A stretch of DNA of 64,000 bases from an uncultured Gemmatimonadales bacterium (GTDB lineage: Bacteria > Gemmatimonadota > Gemmatimonadetes > Longimicrobiales > RSA9), in the NCBI GenBank assembly GCA_963816355.1, contig CAWFKH010000003.1:288001-352000 (forward strand), read 5' to 3'. Positions 1-10,410 of the stretch are shown piece after piece (position 1 is the first letter of the stretch; each line of letters opens with the position of its first letter). Both the position numbers and the translations under genes were made by a program. Below the pieces are notes generated by a model. That model searched no databases and had not been told where the DNA came from. It saw only the letters and a program-made list of their open reading frames with translations.

Positions 1-2
1 GC

Positions 3-647
3 GACACCGGCGTCGGCATGGACCCGGAGACCCGCGCCCGCGTCTTCGAGCCGTTCTTCACCACCAAGGAGCCGGGCCGGGGAACCGGCCTCGGCCTCGC
101 CACCGTCTACGGCATCGTGCGCCAGAGCGACGGCCACATCGCCGTCCACAGCGAGCCCGGCCGCGGCACCCGCTTCGAACTCTACCTCCCCCGCGCCGAC
201 ACCCCCGCCGCGCCGCTCCCCGCTCCACCACCCAGGCCGCCCCTCCCGGCCACCCCCGCATGCATCCTCATCGTCGAGGACCAGCGTGCTGTCCGCGGCA
301 TCATGCACCAGATCCTCACCCGCAGAGGGTACCACGTCCTCTCTGCCGCCAGCGGCGAGGAGGCACTCGCCGTCGCCCGCTCCCACCCCGCACCCATCGA
401 CCTGCTCCTCACCGACGTCGTCATGCCCGGAATGAGCGGTCCCGATCTCGCCCGCAGCCTCGCCGAGCTCCGCCCCGCCACCCGCGTCCTCTTCACCTCC
501 GGCTACACCGACGACGCCCTCCTCCGCCACGGCATCGTCGCCGCCGAGGTCGACTACCTCGAGAAACCCTTCACGCCGGACTCCCTCACCCGCACCGTCC
601 GCCGCGTCCTCGAGGCCCCGCCCCGCGGCGCCGGCGCCGATGCCTGA
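3..647 (+). CDS. Hybrid sensor histidine kinase/response regulator, C-terminal part (5' truncated by window edge)
   Basis: [31 protein letters not shown]ase motifs, then receiver domain ([23 protein letters not shown]). Confidence 0.92.
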   Translation, partial: DTGVGMDPETRARVFEPFFTTKEPGRGTGLGLATVYGIVRQSDGHIAVHSEPGRGTRFELYLPRADTPAAPLPAPPPRPPLPATPACILIVEDQRAVRGIMHQILTRRGYHVLSAASGEEALAVARSHPAPIDLLLTDVVMPGMSGPDLARSLAELRPATRVLFTSGYTDDALLRHGIVAAEVDYLEKPFTPDSLTRTVRRVLEAPPRGAGADA

Positions 648-651
648 GCGC

Positions 652-790
652 CGCCGCGCCCGCCGCACCACGCCGCGCCCGCCGCACCACGCCGCGCCCG
701 CCGCACCACGCCGCGCCCGCCGCACCGCCGCGCCCGCTGCCCGCCGCCGCTGCCGCACCGCCGCGCCCGCTGCCCGCCGCCGCTGCCGCC
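652..790. repeat. Tandem repeats: ~4x19 nt (cgccgcgcccgccgcacca), then 2x ~33 nt
   Basis: Direct reading; copies start at 652, 671, 690, 709. Confidence 0.9.
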
Positions 791-805
791 CGCGGCGCCC
801 GCTGC

Positions 806-860
806 TTGACACCCCGGCGGCTGTCTGCTAGATACCTAGCAGAATGCTATAATTCCAGCA
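806..860 (+). promoter_or_regulatory. sigma70-like promoter overlapped by two TGCT-N8-AGCA operator boxes (candidate BlaI-type autorepression site)
   Basis: TTGACA 806-811; perfect inverted repeat tctgctag-atac-ctagcaga 824-843; second box tgctataattccagca 845-860 contains TGnTATAAT. Confidence 0.7.
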
Positions 861-875
861 CAGGGAGGGCAGCTG

Positions 876-1262
876 ATGAGCGCGCACCCGACGAGGGCGC
901 TGAGCCGGCGGGAACGGCAGATCATGGACGTGCTCTTCGAGCGGGGGGAGTCGACGGTGGCGGAGGTGCTCGAGGGGATCACGGACCCGCCGAGCTATTC
1001 CGCGGTGCGGGCGACGCTGCGGGTGCTGGAGGAGAAGGGGCAGGTGCGGCACCGGCAGGACGGGCCGCGCTACGTGTACCTGCCGGCGCTGGAGCCGGAG
1101 CAGGCGCGGATGGCGGCGCTGCAGCATCTGGTGCGGACGTTCTTCGACGGGTCGGCGGAGCAGGCGGTGGTGGCGCTGCTGGGGATGTCGGACACGCGGC
1201 TGCCGCGGCGAGAGATCGAGCGGCTGGCGCGGGAGATCCGGGAGGGGGACGGCGGCGGGTGA
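876..1262 (+). CDS. BlaI/MecI/CopY family transcriptional repressor
   Basis: LSRRERQIMDVL..SYSAVRATLRVLEEKG..YVYLP..LVRTFFDGS; 128 aa; SD gggagg. Confidence 0.9.
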   Translation: MSAHPTRALSRRERQIMDVLFERGESTVAEVLEGITDPPSYSAVRATLRVLEEKGQVRHRQDGPRYVYLPALEPEQARMAALQHLVRTFFDGSAEQAVVALLGMSDTRLPRREIERLAREIREGDGGG

Positions 1263-1395
1263 GGGTGGGGGCGGGGGTCGGAGGCGGTGGTGGGGGCGCG
1301 CGCGGGCGGGGGTGCGGAGGGGGGACCCGGCGGGTCGGGCGAGGGGTATCGTTCGGGGCCGTGGGTGGACTCGGGAATCGACGGAGGATGCGGGC

Positions 1396-2265
1396 ATGGA
1401 TCGCGTGAAGGTCTTCTTCATGATGGCGGCGCTGACGGCGCTGCTCGTGCTGATCGGCGGGTGGATCGGCGGGCAGAGTGGCGCGTTGATGTTCTTCATC
1501 TTCGCGGCCGCGATGAACGTGGGGATGTACTGGTGGAGCGACCGCATGGTGCTGCGCATGTACCGCGCGCGGGTGGTGGGGGAGGCGGACGCGTCGGAGC
1601 TGTACCGGATGGTGGACCGGCTGCGCCGGCAGGCGGGTTTGCCGATGCCGAAGCTGGCCATCGCGCCGAGCGAGCAGCCGAATGCGTTCGCGACCGGCCG
1701 CAACGCGGAGCACGCGGTGGTCTGCTTCACCGAGGGGATCCTGAAGCTGGTGAGCGGGGAGGAGCTGGAGGGGGTGACGGCGCACGAGCTGGCGCACATC
1801 AAGCACCACCACATGCTGGTCGGCACGGTGGCGGCGACGATGGCGGGCGCGATCGCGATGCTGGGCAGCGTGGCGCGGTGGGGCGCGATCTTCGGCGGTT
1901 TCGGGGGTCGCGACGACCGTGGCGGCAGCGGGATCGAGCTGCTGGTGATGGCGATCGTGGCGCCGATCGCCGCGCTGATCCTGCAGACGGCGATCAGCCG
2001 CCAGAACGAGTTCCAGGCGGACCGCACGGGCGCGTTGATCTCGCACAAGCCGCTGGCGCTGGCGTCGGCGCTGGAGCGGATGGACGCGTATGCGCACCGC
2101 ATTCCGATGCGGGTCAATCCGGCGGCCGCGCAGCTCGCCATCGTGAATCCGCTGGCGGGCGTGCGTGGGCTGGGAATGATGCGGCTCTTCAGCACCCATC
2201 CCGCAACCGCCGAGCGGATCGAGCGGCTGCGCGAGATCGCGCGCGAGCGGCACCTGGGCGCCTGA
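1396..2265 (+). CDS. htpX: HtpX membrane zinc metalloprotease (M48)
   Basis: PNAFATGRN, AHELAH, SRQNEFQAD, LFSTHP; ATG 1396 after ggagg. Confidence 0.92.
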   Translation: MDRVKVFFMMAALTALLVLIGGWIGGQSGALMFFIFAAAMNVGMYWWSDRMVLRMYRARVVGEADASELYRMVDRLRRQAGLPMPKLAIAPSEQPNAFATGRNAEHAVVCFTEGILKLVSGEELEGVTAHELAHIKHHHMLVGTVAATMAGAIAMLGSVARWGAIFGGFGGRDDRGGSGIELLVMAIVAPIAALILQTAISRQNEFQADRTGALISHKPLALASALERMDAYAHRIPMRVNPAAAQLAIVNPLAGVRGLGMMRLFSTHPATAERIERLREIARERHLGA

Positions 2266-2302
2266 CGCCGCCGCGCCGGCCACCGACAGCGCGCGCCGCC
2301 GC

Positions 2303-3238
2303 GTGAGTGCAGCGCCGAGCCCGCTCGTCTCCGGCCCGTACGCCGGCCGCACGCTGGTCCTCGTCAATCCCGCGGCCGGCCAGGAGGATCCCGTCCGCCT
2401 CCGCCGGCGCCTCGGCGGCGCGTTCGCCGCCCGCGGCGCGCGTTTCGACATGGTCGAGACCGGCTACCCGGGTCACGCGACGGAGCTGGCGCGCGAGGCG
2501 GCGACGCTCGGCTACCGCGCCTGCTGCGTGGTGGGAGGCGACGGCACCCTCGCCGAGGTCGCGACCGGGCTCGCGCGCACCTCCTGCCTGCTGGGGCTGG
2601 TTCCGCAGGGCACCGGCAACCAGGTGGCCCAGAACCTCGGCATCCCCCGCTCGCTCGAGCGCGCCGTCGAGACCGTCGTCCACGGCCGGCCCACGCCGCT
2701 CGACCTCGGCCTCGTCGGTGAACGCGCCTTCGCCCTCGTCGTCGGCGCCGGCTACGACGCCGCCGTGATGGCCGCCGCGACCCGCCCGCTCAAGGAGCGC
2801 TTCGGCTTCGCGGCCTACATCATCGCGTCGCTGCGCGAGGCCGTGAACGTCACGCCGGCCGAGTTCCAGATCGTGGCCGACGGCCGCGAGCTCACCGTCC
2901 GCGCCGCCTCCGTCCTGCTCGCCAACATGGCGGAGCTCTTCGCGCCCTACCTGCGCTTCCGCATCCCGCTGGCGCCCCACCGCGGCCCCACCTGGCGCGA
3001 CGGCCTTCTCGACGTCGTCGTGCTCGCGCCCGGCTCGCTCGCCGGCTTCGCCGCCGTGCTCTGGCGCGCCGCGCGTCGTCAGTTCGACGGCGACGACCGC
3101 CTGATCCACCTGCAGGCGGAAGAGGTCCGCATCGTCTCCGATCCGCCCGTGGCCGTCCAGATCGACGGCGACGCCGACGGCTTCACGCCCGTCTTCGCGC
3201 GCACCCTCCACGACGGCGTCCGCATACTCGTGCCGTAG
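2303..3238 (+). CDS. Diacylglycerol/lipid kinase family protein (YegS/DgkB-like)
   Basis: VNPAAG, GGDGT, PQGTGN, DGLLDVVV, QIDGD motifs. Confidence 0.88.
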   Translation: MSAAPSPLVSGPYAGRTLVLVNPAAGQEDPVRLRRRLGGAFAARGARFDMVETGYPGHATELAREAATLGYRACCVVGGDGTLAEVATGLARTSCLLGLVPQGTGNQVAQNLGIPRSLERAVETVVHGRPTPLDLGLVGERAFALVVGAGYDAAVMAAATRPLKERFGFAAYIIASLREAVNVTPAEFQIVADGRELTVRAASVLLANMAELFAPYLRFRIPLAPHRGPTWRDGLLDVVVLAPGSLAGFAAVLWRAARRQFDGDDRLIHLQAEEVRIVSDPPVAVQIDGDADGFTPVFARTLHDGVRILVP

Positions 3239-3381
3239 CGACCGGGAGGCCCCCCTTGAAGCGGAGGGCCGCGCCGGCCAGATTACGCGGCTGTCGAGCC
3301 CCGGGCGCTTCGTCGCCGGTCGACCGAGCGCGGTCGCCGCGGCACGCTCGCCCGAGAGCCCACGATCCGAGGAGCAGCTTC

Positions 3382-3948
3382 ATGGCCATCAACGCGACGC
3401 AGATCCGGCGCGGCAACGTCATCGTGATGGATGGCGATCCGTGCCGCGTCATCGAGTTCCACCACCACACGCCCGGCAACCTGCGCGCGTTCGTGCAGGC
3501 GAAGCTGCGCAACCTGCGCACCGGCACGCAGTTCGAGCACCGCTTCCGCGCCGCCGACACCGTCGACCGCGCCACGCTCGAGACGCACGAGCTGCAGTTC
3601 CTCTACCACGACGGCCAGATCTACCACTTCATGAACGTCGAGACCTACGAGCAGGTGCCGCTCGACGAAGAGGCGATCGGCGACTCCGGGCAGTGGCTCA
3701 CGGAGGGCATGGTGATCCAGGCCGAGTTCCACGAGGGGAAGGCCATCGGCGTCGAGCTGCCGAAGACGATCGAGCTCGAAGTCGTCCAGACCGAGCCCGC
3801 CGTGCAGGGCGCCACCAAGTCCGCGATGACGAAGCCCGCCACCCTGAGCAACGGCACCACCGTCCAGGTCCCCTCCTTCGTCGGCATCGGCGACCGCGTG
3901 CGCGTCGACCCGGCCGAAGGCAAGTACCTCGAGCGCGTCCAACGATGA
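3382..3948 (+). CDS. efp: Elongation factor P (Asn at the normally modified loop position)
   Basis: HHTPGNLRAFVQAKLRNL, KPATLSNG..VQVPSFV..GD..Y.ER; SD aggag before ATG 3382. Confidence 0.93.
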   Translation: MAINATQIRRGNVIVMDGDPCRVIEFHHHTPGNLRAFVQAKLRNLRTGTQFEHRFRAADTVDRATLETHELQFLYHDGQIYHFMNVETYEQVPLDEEAIGDSGQWLTEGMVIQAEFHEGKAIGVELPKTIELEVVQTEPAVQGATKSAMTKPATLSNGTTVQVPSFVGIGDRVRVDPAEGKYLERVQR

Positions 3949-5684
3949 AGACACCCAGCGACTTTCGCGACCACATCCGCGCCCCCGCGGCCGTCCAGGC
4001 TCTCGCCGCCGCGGCCGCGCTCGCCGCCGGCGTCACGATCCTCGCCGCCGCCGCTTCGCCCGCGAGGTCGTCCGCGCCGCCCGCGAGGTCGGCCGCGCTG
4101 TCCGCGAGGTCGGCCGCGTCGCCCGCCGCCGACACGTCGCCCTCGCCGATCACGGCCGCCGAGATCGACGCCCACCTGCGCTTCCTCTCCTCCGACCTTC
4201 TGGAGGGGCGCGCCCCCGCGACGCGAGGCGGTCGTCTCGCCTCGGAGTACATCGCCACCGAGCTGCACTCGTGGGGCCTCGAGCCCGGGGCGAACGGCTC
4301 CTATTTCCAGCCGGTGCCGATCGACGTCGTGCGCACGGTGCCCGGCTCGCTGCGCGTCTCGGCCGGCGGCAAGGCCTCCGCGCCGCTGCGCTATCCGGAG
4401 GACGTCGTCGTCTGGAGCGGCTCGGCGCAGCCGACGTCGCACGCGGACGCCGATGTCGTCTTCGTCGGCTACGGCGTCGCCGCGCCGGAATACCGCTGGG
4501 ACGACTTCAAGGGGCAGGACCTGAAGGGCAAGATCCTGCTCATCCTGGTCAACGACCCGCCGGCGACGCAGCGGGAGCCGGACCTCTTCGGCGGCCGCGC
4601 GATGACGTACTACGGCCGCTGGACGTACAAGTACGAGGAGGCGGAGCGGCGCGGCGCCGCGGGAGCGCTGATCATCCACACCACGGAGCAGGCGGGCTAT
4701 CCGTGGCACACCGTCGTGTCGTCCTGGACGACGCCGCAGCGCTCGCTCCCGCGCGACGCCGACCTGCCCGCCCCGCTCGCCTTCCGCGGCTGGATCACCG
4801 ACTCCGCCGCCACCGCGCTCCTCGGCCAGGCGGGCCTCGACCTGGCCGCCCTGCGCAAGCGCGCGCAAACGCGCGATTTCCGCCCCGTCGACACCGGCAT
4901 CCGCCTCGCCGTCTCCATGCGCAACGACGTCGCGCGCATGGAGTCGCGCAACGTCGTCGCGATCCGCCGCGGCAGCGATCCGGCGCTGAAGGACCAGTAC
5001 GTGGTGCTGAGCGCCCACTGGGACCACTTCGGCATCGGCCCCGTCGTGGACGGCGATTCGATCTACAACGGGACGCTCGACAACGCCTCCGGCGTCGCCG
5101 ACATCCTCGCGGCCGCGCACGCCGCCGCCGTGCTGCCGCCCACGCGCCGCTCGCTCCTCTTCGCCTTCGTCACGGCCGAGGAGGCGGGCCTGCTCGGATC
5201 CGAGTGGTTCGGCCGCAACCCGACCGTGCCGGTGAAGTCGATCGTCGCCGACCTCAACGTCGACGGCGGCAACCTGCTCGGCCGCGTGCGCGACCTCTCC
5301 GTTCTCGGCGCCGACAAGAGCTCGCTCGGACCCTCGCTCGAGCGCATGATCGCCGCCGACGGCATGCGCATCGCGCCGCAGGAGCACCCGGAGCAGGGTC
5401 ACTTCTACCGCTCCGACCACTTCTCCTTCGCCAGGGTCGGCATCCCCGCCGTCTCGATCGGCGAGGGGAGCGACTTCGTCGACCGTCCGGACGGCTGGGG
5501 CAAGGCGCAGCACGAGGACTACACCGCCCACCGCTACCACCAGCCGTCCGACAGTTACCGCGCCGACTTCGACCTGAGCGGGGCCGTCCAGCTCTCCCGC
5601 ATCGTGCTCCGCTTCGGCCGCCAGCTCGCCGACACCGACGCGTGGCCCGCGTGGTCGAAAGGGGCGGAGTTCCGACGACCTTAG
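3945..5684 (+). CDS. Exported M28 family metallopeptidase with PA-like domain
   Basis: ATGA overlap with efp stop; SAHWDH, GTLDNASG, AEEAGLLGS, RSDHFSF, YHQPSD. Confidence 0.88.
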   Translation: MKTPSDFRDHIRAPAAVQALAAAAALAAGVTILAAAASPARSSAPPARSAALSARSAASPAADTSPSPITAAEIDAHLRFLSSDLLEGRAPATRGGRLASEYIATELHSWGLEPGANGSYFQPVPIDVVRTVPGSLRVSAGGKASAPLRYPEDVVVWSGSAQPTSHADADVVFVGYGVAAPEYRWDDFKGQDLKGKILLILVNDPPATQREPDLFGGRAMTYYGRWTYKYEEAERRGAAGALIIHTTEQAGYPWHTVVSSWTTPQRSLPRDADLPAPLAFRGWITDSAATALLGQAGLDLAALRKRAQTRDFRPVDTGIRLAVSMRNDVARMESRNVVAIRRGSDPALKDQYVVLSAHWDHFGIGPVVDGDSIYNGTLDNASGVADILAAAHAAAVLPPTRRSLLFAFVTAEEAGLLGSEWFGRNPTVPVKSIVADLNVDGGNLLGRVRDLSVLGADKSSLGPSLERMIAADGMRIAPQEHPEQGHFYRSDHFSFARVGIPAVSIGEGSDFVDRPDGWGKAQHEDYTAHRYHQPSDSYRADFDLSGAVQLSRIVLRFGRQLADTDAWPAWSKGAEFRRP

Positions 5685-5686
5685 AC

Positions 5687-6353
5687 GCTCGCCTTTGCGG
5701 CGAGGGAGGCTCGCCTGGCGGCGAGGGAAGCTCGCCTGGCGGCGAGGGAAGCTTCGCCTGCGGCGAGGGAAGCTTCGCCTGCGGCGAAGGTCCGCCTTGC
5801 GGCGGGAAGCTCGCCTTGCGGCGAGGGTCCGCCTTGCGGCGGGGAAGCTCGCCTTGCGGCGAGGGTCCGCCTTGCGGCGGGGAAGCTCGCCTTGCGGCGA
5901 GGGTCCGCCTTGCGGCGGGGAAGCTCGCCTTGCGGCGAGGGGCAACCCGTGGAGAGAGAGATGGGTCCACCCGTGCCAGGGGCTGCGCCGTGCGCTCGGG
6001 CGTGCACCACTTCCCGGGCCGAGCGGGCAAGTGCCTATGTTCCCGCCAAGACGCTGGAGACCCCCTCGCCGTCAGGCGAGCTTCCCCGCCGGAACAGGCG
6101 GCCCTTCGCCGCAGGCGAAGCTACCCTCGCCGCAGGCGAGCTCCCCCGCCGCCAGGCGGACCCTCGCCGCAGGCGAGCTTCCCCGCCGCAAGGTGGACCT
6201 TCGCCGCAGGCGAGCTTCCCCGCCGCAAGGCGGACCTTCGCCGCAGGCGAAGCTTCCCTCGCCGCCGGGCGAGCTTCCCTCGCCGCAAGGCGAGCTTCCC
6301 TCGCCGCCAGGCGAGCTTCCCCGCCGGAGGCGGATCTCGCCGCCAGGCGAGCG
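5687..6353. repeat. Fold-back element: ~13 + ~15 palindromic 18-22 nt units in two mutually inverted arrays around a ~120 bp unique core
   Basis: Left units gctcgccttgcggcgaggg / tccgccttgcggcggggaa (5687-5941); right array (6062-6353) is their reverse complement. Confidence 0.92.
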
Positions 6354-6387
6354 AACCCCATCAATTTCCCCAGGGTAGAACGTCGTC

Positions 6388-9270
6388 ATGCACGGTGAAA
6401 CCCTCGTCATCCGCGGCGCCCGCGAGCACAACCTCAAGAACATCGACGTCGAGCTGCCGCGCGACCGGCTGATTGTCGTCACGGGGCTTTCCGGCTCCGG
6501 CAAGTCGTCGCTCGCGTTCGACACGATCTACGCCGAGGGGCAGCGGCGCTACGTCGAGTCGCTGTCGGCGTATGCGCGCCAGTTCCTGGGCGTGATGGAG
6601 AAGCCGGACGTGGACGCGATCGAGGGGCTTTCGCCGGCGATCTCGATCGAGCAGAAGACGACGGGCCGCAACCCGCGCTCGACGGTCGGCACCGTCACCG
6701 AGATCTACGACTACCTGCGGCTGCTGTGGGCGCGCGCCGGCACGCCGCACTGCGTGAGCTGCGGCCGGCCGGTGCGCCGGCAGTCGGCCACGCAGATCAC
6801 GGAGCAGATCCTCGGCTGGCCGGAGGGCACGCGGATCGAGGTGCTGGCGCCGATGGTGCGCGGCCGCAAGGGCGAGTTCCGCGAGCTGTTCGAGGAGGCG
6901 CGTCGCAAGGGCTTCGTGCGCGCGCGCGTCGACGACGAGACGCACGAGCTGGAGCGGCCGCCGCGGCTCAATCGGCGGCAGAACCACGACATCGCGATCG
7001 TCGTGGACCGTCTCGTCGTGCGCGGCGAGGACCGGCAGCGGCTGGCGGACTCGATCGAGACGGCGCTGCGCACGGCGGGCGGCGTCGTCGAGGTAGTCGA
7101 GCACCCGGCCGCCGACGCGGCGGAGGACGGCGTGCGGCCGCACCTCTTCTCGGAGAAGTACGCGTGCGTCTACTGCGGCACGAGCCTGGTCGAGCTGGAG
7201 CCGCGCCAGTTCTCCTTCAACTCGCCCTACGGCGCGTGCGACGCGTGCGGCGGGCTGGGCACGCGCCGGGAGGTGAATCCGGACCTCGTCGTGGGCGACC
7301 CGATCATCTCGATCCTCGAGGGCGTGATCCTGCCGTGGGGCGAGCCGTCCGGGCACCTGCGGCGGTCGGTGATCCCCGGCCTGGCGGAGCACTACGGGTT
7401 CGACCCGAACACGAACTGGGGCGACCTGCCGCGGGAGGTCCGCGACGCCGTGCTCTATGGTTCCGGTGAGGTCGAGATCCGCTTCCCCTATCGCGCCGGC
7501 GGGGCGAAGGGTCACTACGAGGAGCCGTGGGAGGGCGTCGTCGGTCACGTCAAGCGTCGCTACGACGAGACCACGTCGGACGCGGTGCGCGAGCAGCTCC
7601 AGGAGTACATGTCGGTGCTGCCGTGCAACGCCTGCGGCGGCTCGCGGCTGAAGGCGGAGAGTCTCGCGGTCACCGTCGCGGGGCGTAGCGTCGGCGACGT
7701 CGTCGCGATGAGCATCGCGGACGCGCTCGCCTTCTTCGCCTCGCTGCCGCTTTCGGATGCGGCGCCCGGCGAGCCGTCGGCGCTGCCCGCCGAGATCGCC
7801 GGTCCGATCCTCAAGGAGGTGCGCGAGCGCCTCGAGTTCCTCGGCCACGTCGGCCTCGACTACCTCACGCTCGGCCGCAGCGCGGAGACGCTCTCCGGCG
7901 GCGAGGCGCAGCGCATCCGGCTGGCGACGCAGATCGGCAGCCGGCTCGTCGGCGTGCTCTACATCCTCGACGAGCCCTCGATCGGGCTCCACCCGCGCGA
8001 CAACGAGCGCCTGCTCGGCACGCTCGCGCGGCTGCGCGACCTCGGCAACACCGTCATCGTCGTCGAGCACGACCGCGACACGATCCTCGCCGCCGACTAC
8101 GTGCTCGACCTCGGGCCCGCCGCCGGCCGTCACGGTGGGGAAGTGGTGGCCGCCGGCACCGTCGAGGACCTGCTCGCCAGCGAGCGCTCCCTCACCGCCG
8201 CCTATCTGCGCGGCGAGCGCTCGATCGAGGTGCCCCCGTCCCGGCGCGCCGTCGATCCGCAGCGCGCGCTCGTCCTGCGCGGCGCGCGCGAGCACAACCT
8301 GAAGGCGATCGACGTGGCGTTCCCGCTCGGCGCGTTCATCGCCGTCACGGGCGTGAGCGGCTCCGGCAAGAGCACGCTGGTCAACGACATCCTCTACGTC
8401 GCGCTCGCCCGGCACTTCTACCGCGCTCGCCTTCTGCCCGGCGCCCACGACGGCATCGACCGCATCGACCTCGTGGACAAGGTCGTCGACGTCGACCAGT
8501 CGCCGATCGGCCGCACGCCGCGCTCGAATCCGGCCACCTACACCGGCCTCTTCACCCCCATCCGCCAGCTCTTCGCCGAGCTGCCCGAGTCGAAGATCCG
8601 CGGCTACGCGCCCGGCCGCTTCTCCTTCAACGTCAAGGGCGGCCGCTGCGAGGCGTGCCAGGGCGACGGCCTCGTCAAGATCGAGATGCACTTCCTGCCG
8701 GACGTCTACGTCCCGTGCGACGTCTGCCGCGGCAGGCGCTACAACCGCGAGACGCTCGAGGTGCTCTACAACGGCCGCAGCATCGCCGACGTGCTGGAGA
8801 TGACCGTCGACGACGCGCGCGACTTCTTCGACGCCGTGCCCCGCATCCGCGACCGCCTCCAGACCCTCTCCGACGTCGGCCTCGGCTACATCCACCTCGG
8901 CCAGTCCGCCACCACCCTCTCCGGCGGCGAGGCACAGCGCGTGAAGCTGGCGACGGAGCTCTCCAAACGCGACACCGGCCAGACCTTCTACATCCTCGAC
9001 GAGCCGACCACCGGCCTCCACTTCGAGGACGTGCGCATGCTGCTCGACGTGCTGCACCGGTTGGTCGACAAGGGGAACACCGTCGTCGTGATCGAGCACA
9101 ACCTGGATGTCGTGAAGACCGCGGACTGGATCGTCGACCTCGGCCCGGAGGGCGGCGCCGCTGGCGGCGAGGTCGTCGCGGAGGGCACGCCGGAGAGCAT
9201 CGCGGCAAACCCGCTATCCCACACCGGCCGCTTCCTTGCCGACGTGCTCGGCCTCGCCCCCGTGGGGTAA
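6388..9270 (+). CDS. uvrA: Excinuclease ABC subunit A
   Basis: GAREHNLK, two Walker A (GSGKSS/T), two LSGGEAQR, Zn-finger Cys pairs; 960 aa. Confidence 0.99.
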   Translation: MHGETLVIRGAREHNLKNIDVELPRDRLIVVTGLSGSGKSSLAFDTIYAEGQRRYVESLSAYARQFLGVMEKPDVDAIEGLSPAISIEQKTTGRNPRSTVGTVTEIYDYLRLLWARAGTPHCVSCGRPVRRQSATQITEQILGWPEGTRIEVLAPMVRGRKGEFRELFEEARRKGFVRARVDDETHELERPPRLNRRQNHDIAIVVDRLVVRGEDRQRLADSIETALRTAGGVVEVVEHPAADAAEDGVRPHLFSEKYACVYCGTSLVELEPRQFSFNSPYGACDACGGLGTRREVNPDLVVGDPIISILEGVILPWGEPSGHLRRSVIPGLAEHYGFDPNTNWGDLPREVRDAVLYGSGEVEIRFPYRAGGAKGHYEEPWEGVVGHVKRRYDETTSDAVREQLQEYMSVLPCNACGGSRLKAESLAVTVAGRSVGDVVAMSIADALAFFASLPLSDAAPGEPSALPAEIAGPILKEVRERLEFLGHVGLDYLTLGRSAETLSGGEAQRIRLATQIGSRLVGVLYILDEPSIGLHPRDNERLLGTLARLRDLGNTVIVVEHDRDTILAADYVLDLGPAAGRHGGEVVAAGTVEDLLASERSLTAAYLRGERSIEVPPSRRAVDPQRALVLRGAREHNLKAIDVAFPLGAFIAVTGVSGSGKSTLVNDILYVALARHFYRARLLPGAHDGIDRIDLVDKVVDVDQSPIGRTPRSNPATYTGLFTPIRQLFAELPESKIRGYAPGRFSFNVKGGRCEACQGDGLVKIEMHFLPDVYVPCDVCRGRRYNRETLEVLYNGRSIADVLEMTVDDARDFFDAVPRIRDRLQTLSDVGLGYIHLGQSATTLSGGEAQRVKLATELSKRDTGQTFYILDEPTTGLHFEDVRMLLDVLHRLVDKGNTVVVIEHNLDVVKTADWIVDLGPEGGAAGGEVVAEGTPESIAANPLSHTGRFLADVLGLAPVG

Positions 9271-9310
9271 CGAGGCCTCCTCGCCCCCGTGGGGTGGCGA
9301 GGCCTCCTCG
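9252..9310. repeat. 2x27 nt tandem hairpin-forming repeat spanning the uvrA stop; possible terminator between convergent genes
   Basis: cctcgcccccgtggggt(aa/gg)cgaggcct at 9252 and 9279. Confidence 0.75.
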
Positions 9311-9333
9311 TCAGGGCGCCGTGGCGGCGCGCT

Positions 9334-10410
9334 TCAGCCCCCGCTCGCCTGCAGCACTTCGCCGCCCGTCTCGTGCACGGAGATCACGGTGACGTCCCGA
9401 TGCACCTGCGTGTTCAGCCGCAGCACGCGAGCGCCGAGCTGTGGCATCCGGATCCACCATTTGCGCACGATCCACGCGCCGTTGCGCATGTGCTGAAAGG
9501 CGAGGTAGCCGCCCGCCTGGCTGTCCTTGATCGAGCCCCGGAAGGGGAGGTCCGTGTAGTGGAACACGAGCGAGCGCAGCTCACCCGTCGAGCGCTCGAT
9601 CCAGAGCACGCCGGCGACGTCCGGAGCGGCGTGTGTCACCGGCTCGAACGCGAGCCCGATGAGGCCCGCCGCCGGCGCGTCGTCGACCTGTACCTGGAAG
9701 CAGTGGGCGTCGAGGAACGCATCGCTCAGGAGGACGTCCGCGTCCGGCGCGAAGTAGTCGATGTAGTTGTCTTCCACCGTGCGGACGTAGCCGTTCTTTG
9801 CCAGGTCTTCGGCCGGAGCGCTCACGAACGGGCTGTGCGTGAAGAAGCCCTCTCTCACGTGCGTCTCCGCCCGCTCCGGTTCCATCCGGTCGGGGTCGAG
9901 CTGGACGTCGTAGGTGCGCAGGCGCAGCATCACGGCGCCGGCGTGCTCCGTGAAGGACGCGATGCGGAGCGCCTTACGCGCCTCGTCCCAGAGAAGCTGT
10001 GTCGCCTGCCCGTCGGCCGGTCGCATCTCGCACCGCTGCGCCCCCTTCACCGAGATGCCGCGCAGCGCGATCGGCTCGATCGCCGCCTCCATGCGGTAGG
10101 AGAGCGTGGCGCCGGCGTCCAGCCGCAGCGGCTCCGAGACCGTGCTCCGGTGTCCGATCTGGTCCGCGCGCAGCCGGTACGTGCCGGGCGCCGGCGCCAC
10201 CAGCACGAAGGCGCCGAGGCTGTCCGTCAGCACGCCGTCCGCGTCGCCGCCGGACGCGGTGACGAGCGTGACGAACGCGCCGTTGATCGGCGCGCCGGTG
10301 CCGCGCTCGACGAGCTTGCCGCGGATCGCCTGCGCCTGCAGCGCCGACCCGGTCAGCAGCGCGAGCAGCGTCGCCCCTGCCGCAACACCGGAGAGTCTCG
10401 TGCCAGCCAT
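9334..10410 (-). CDS. Exported protein with carboxypeptidase-regulatory-like (beta-sandwich) N-terminal domain
   Basis: Signal peptide ending ALQAQ; IRGKLVE..GAPINGAFV..TDSLGAF..PGTYRLRADQIG; SD ggagg. Confidence 0.75.
   Translation of the reverse strand: MAGTRLSGVAAGATLLALLTGSALQAQAIRGKLVERGTGAPINGAFVTLVTASGGDADGVLTDSLGAFVLVAPAPGTYRLRADQIGHRSTVSEPLRLDAGATLSYRMEAAIEPIALRGISVKGAQRCEMRPADGQATQLLWDEARKALRIASFTEHAGAVMLRLRTYDVQLDPDRMEPERAETHVREGFFTHSPFVSAPAEDLAKNGYVRTVEDNYIDYFAPDADVLLSDAFLDAHCFQVQVDDAPAAGLIGLAFEPVTHAAPDVAGVLWIERSTGELRSLVFHYTDLPFRGSIKDSQAGGYLAFQHMRNGAWIVRKWWIRMPQLGARVLRLNTQVHRDVTVISVHETGGEVLQASGG

Noticed and set aside
1263..1395. Functional G-quadruplex
   Set aside because: G-runs are present but unsurprising at this GC content and local skew; no supporting evidence
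5687..6353. CRISPR array
   Set aside because: Units abut with no unique spacers, the arrays are inverted, and no cas genes are present
5254..6524. Several ORFs across the fold-back repeats
   Set aside because: Products are translations of the repeat; stop-free frames are expected in such GC-rich repeats
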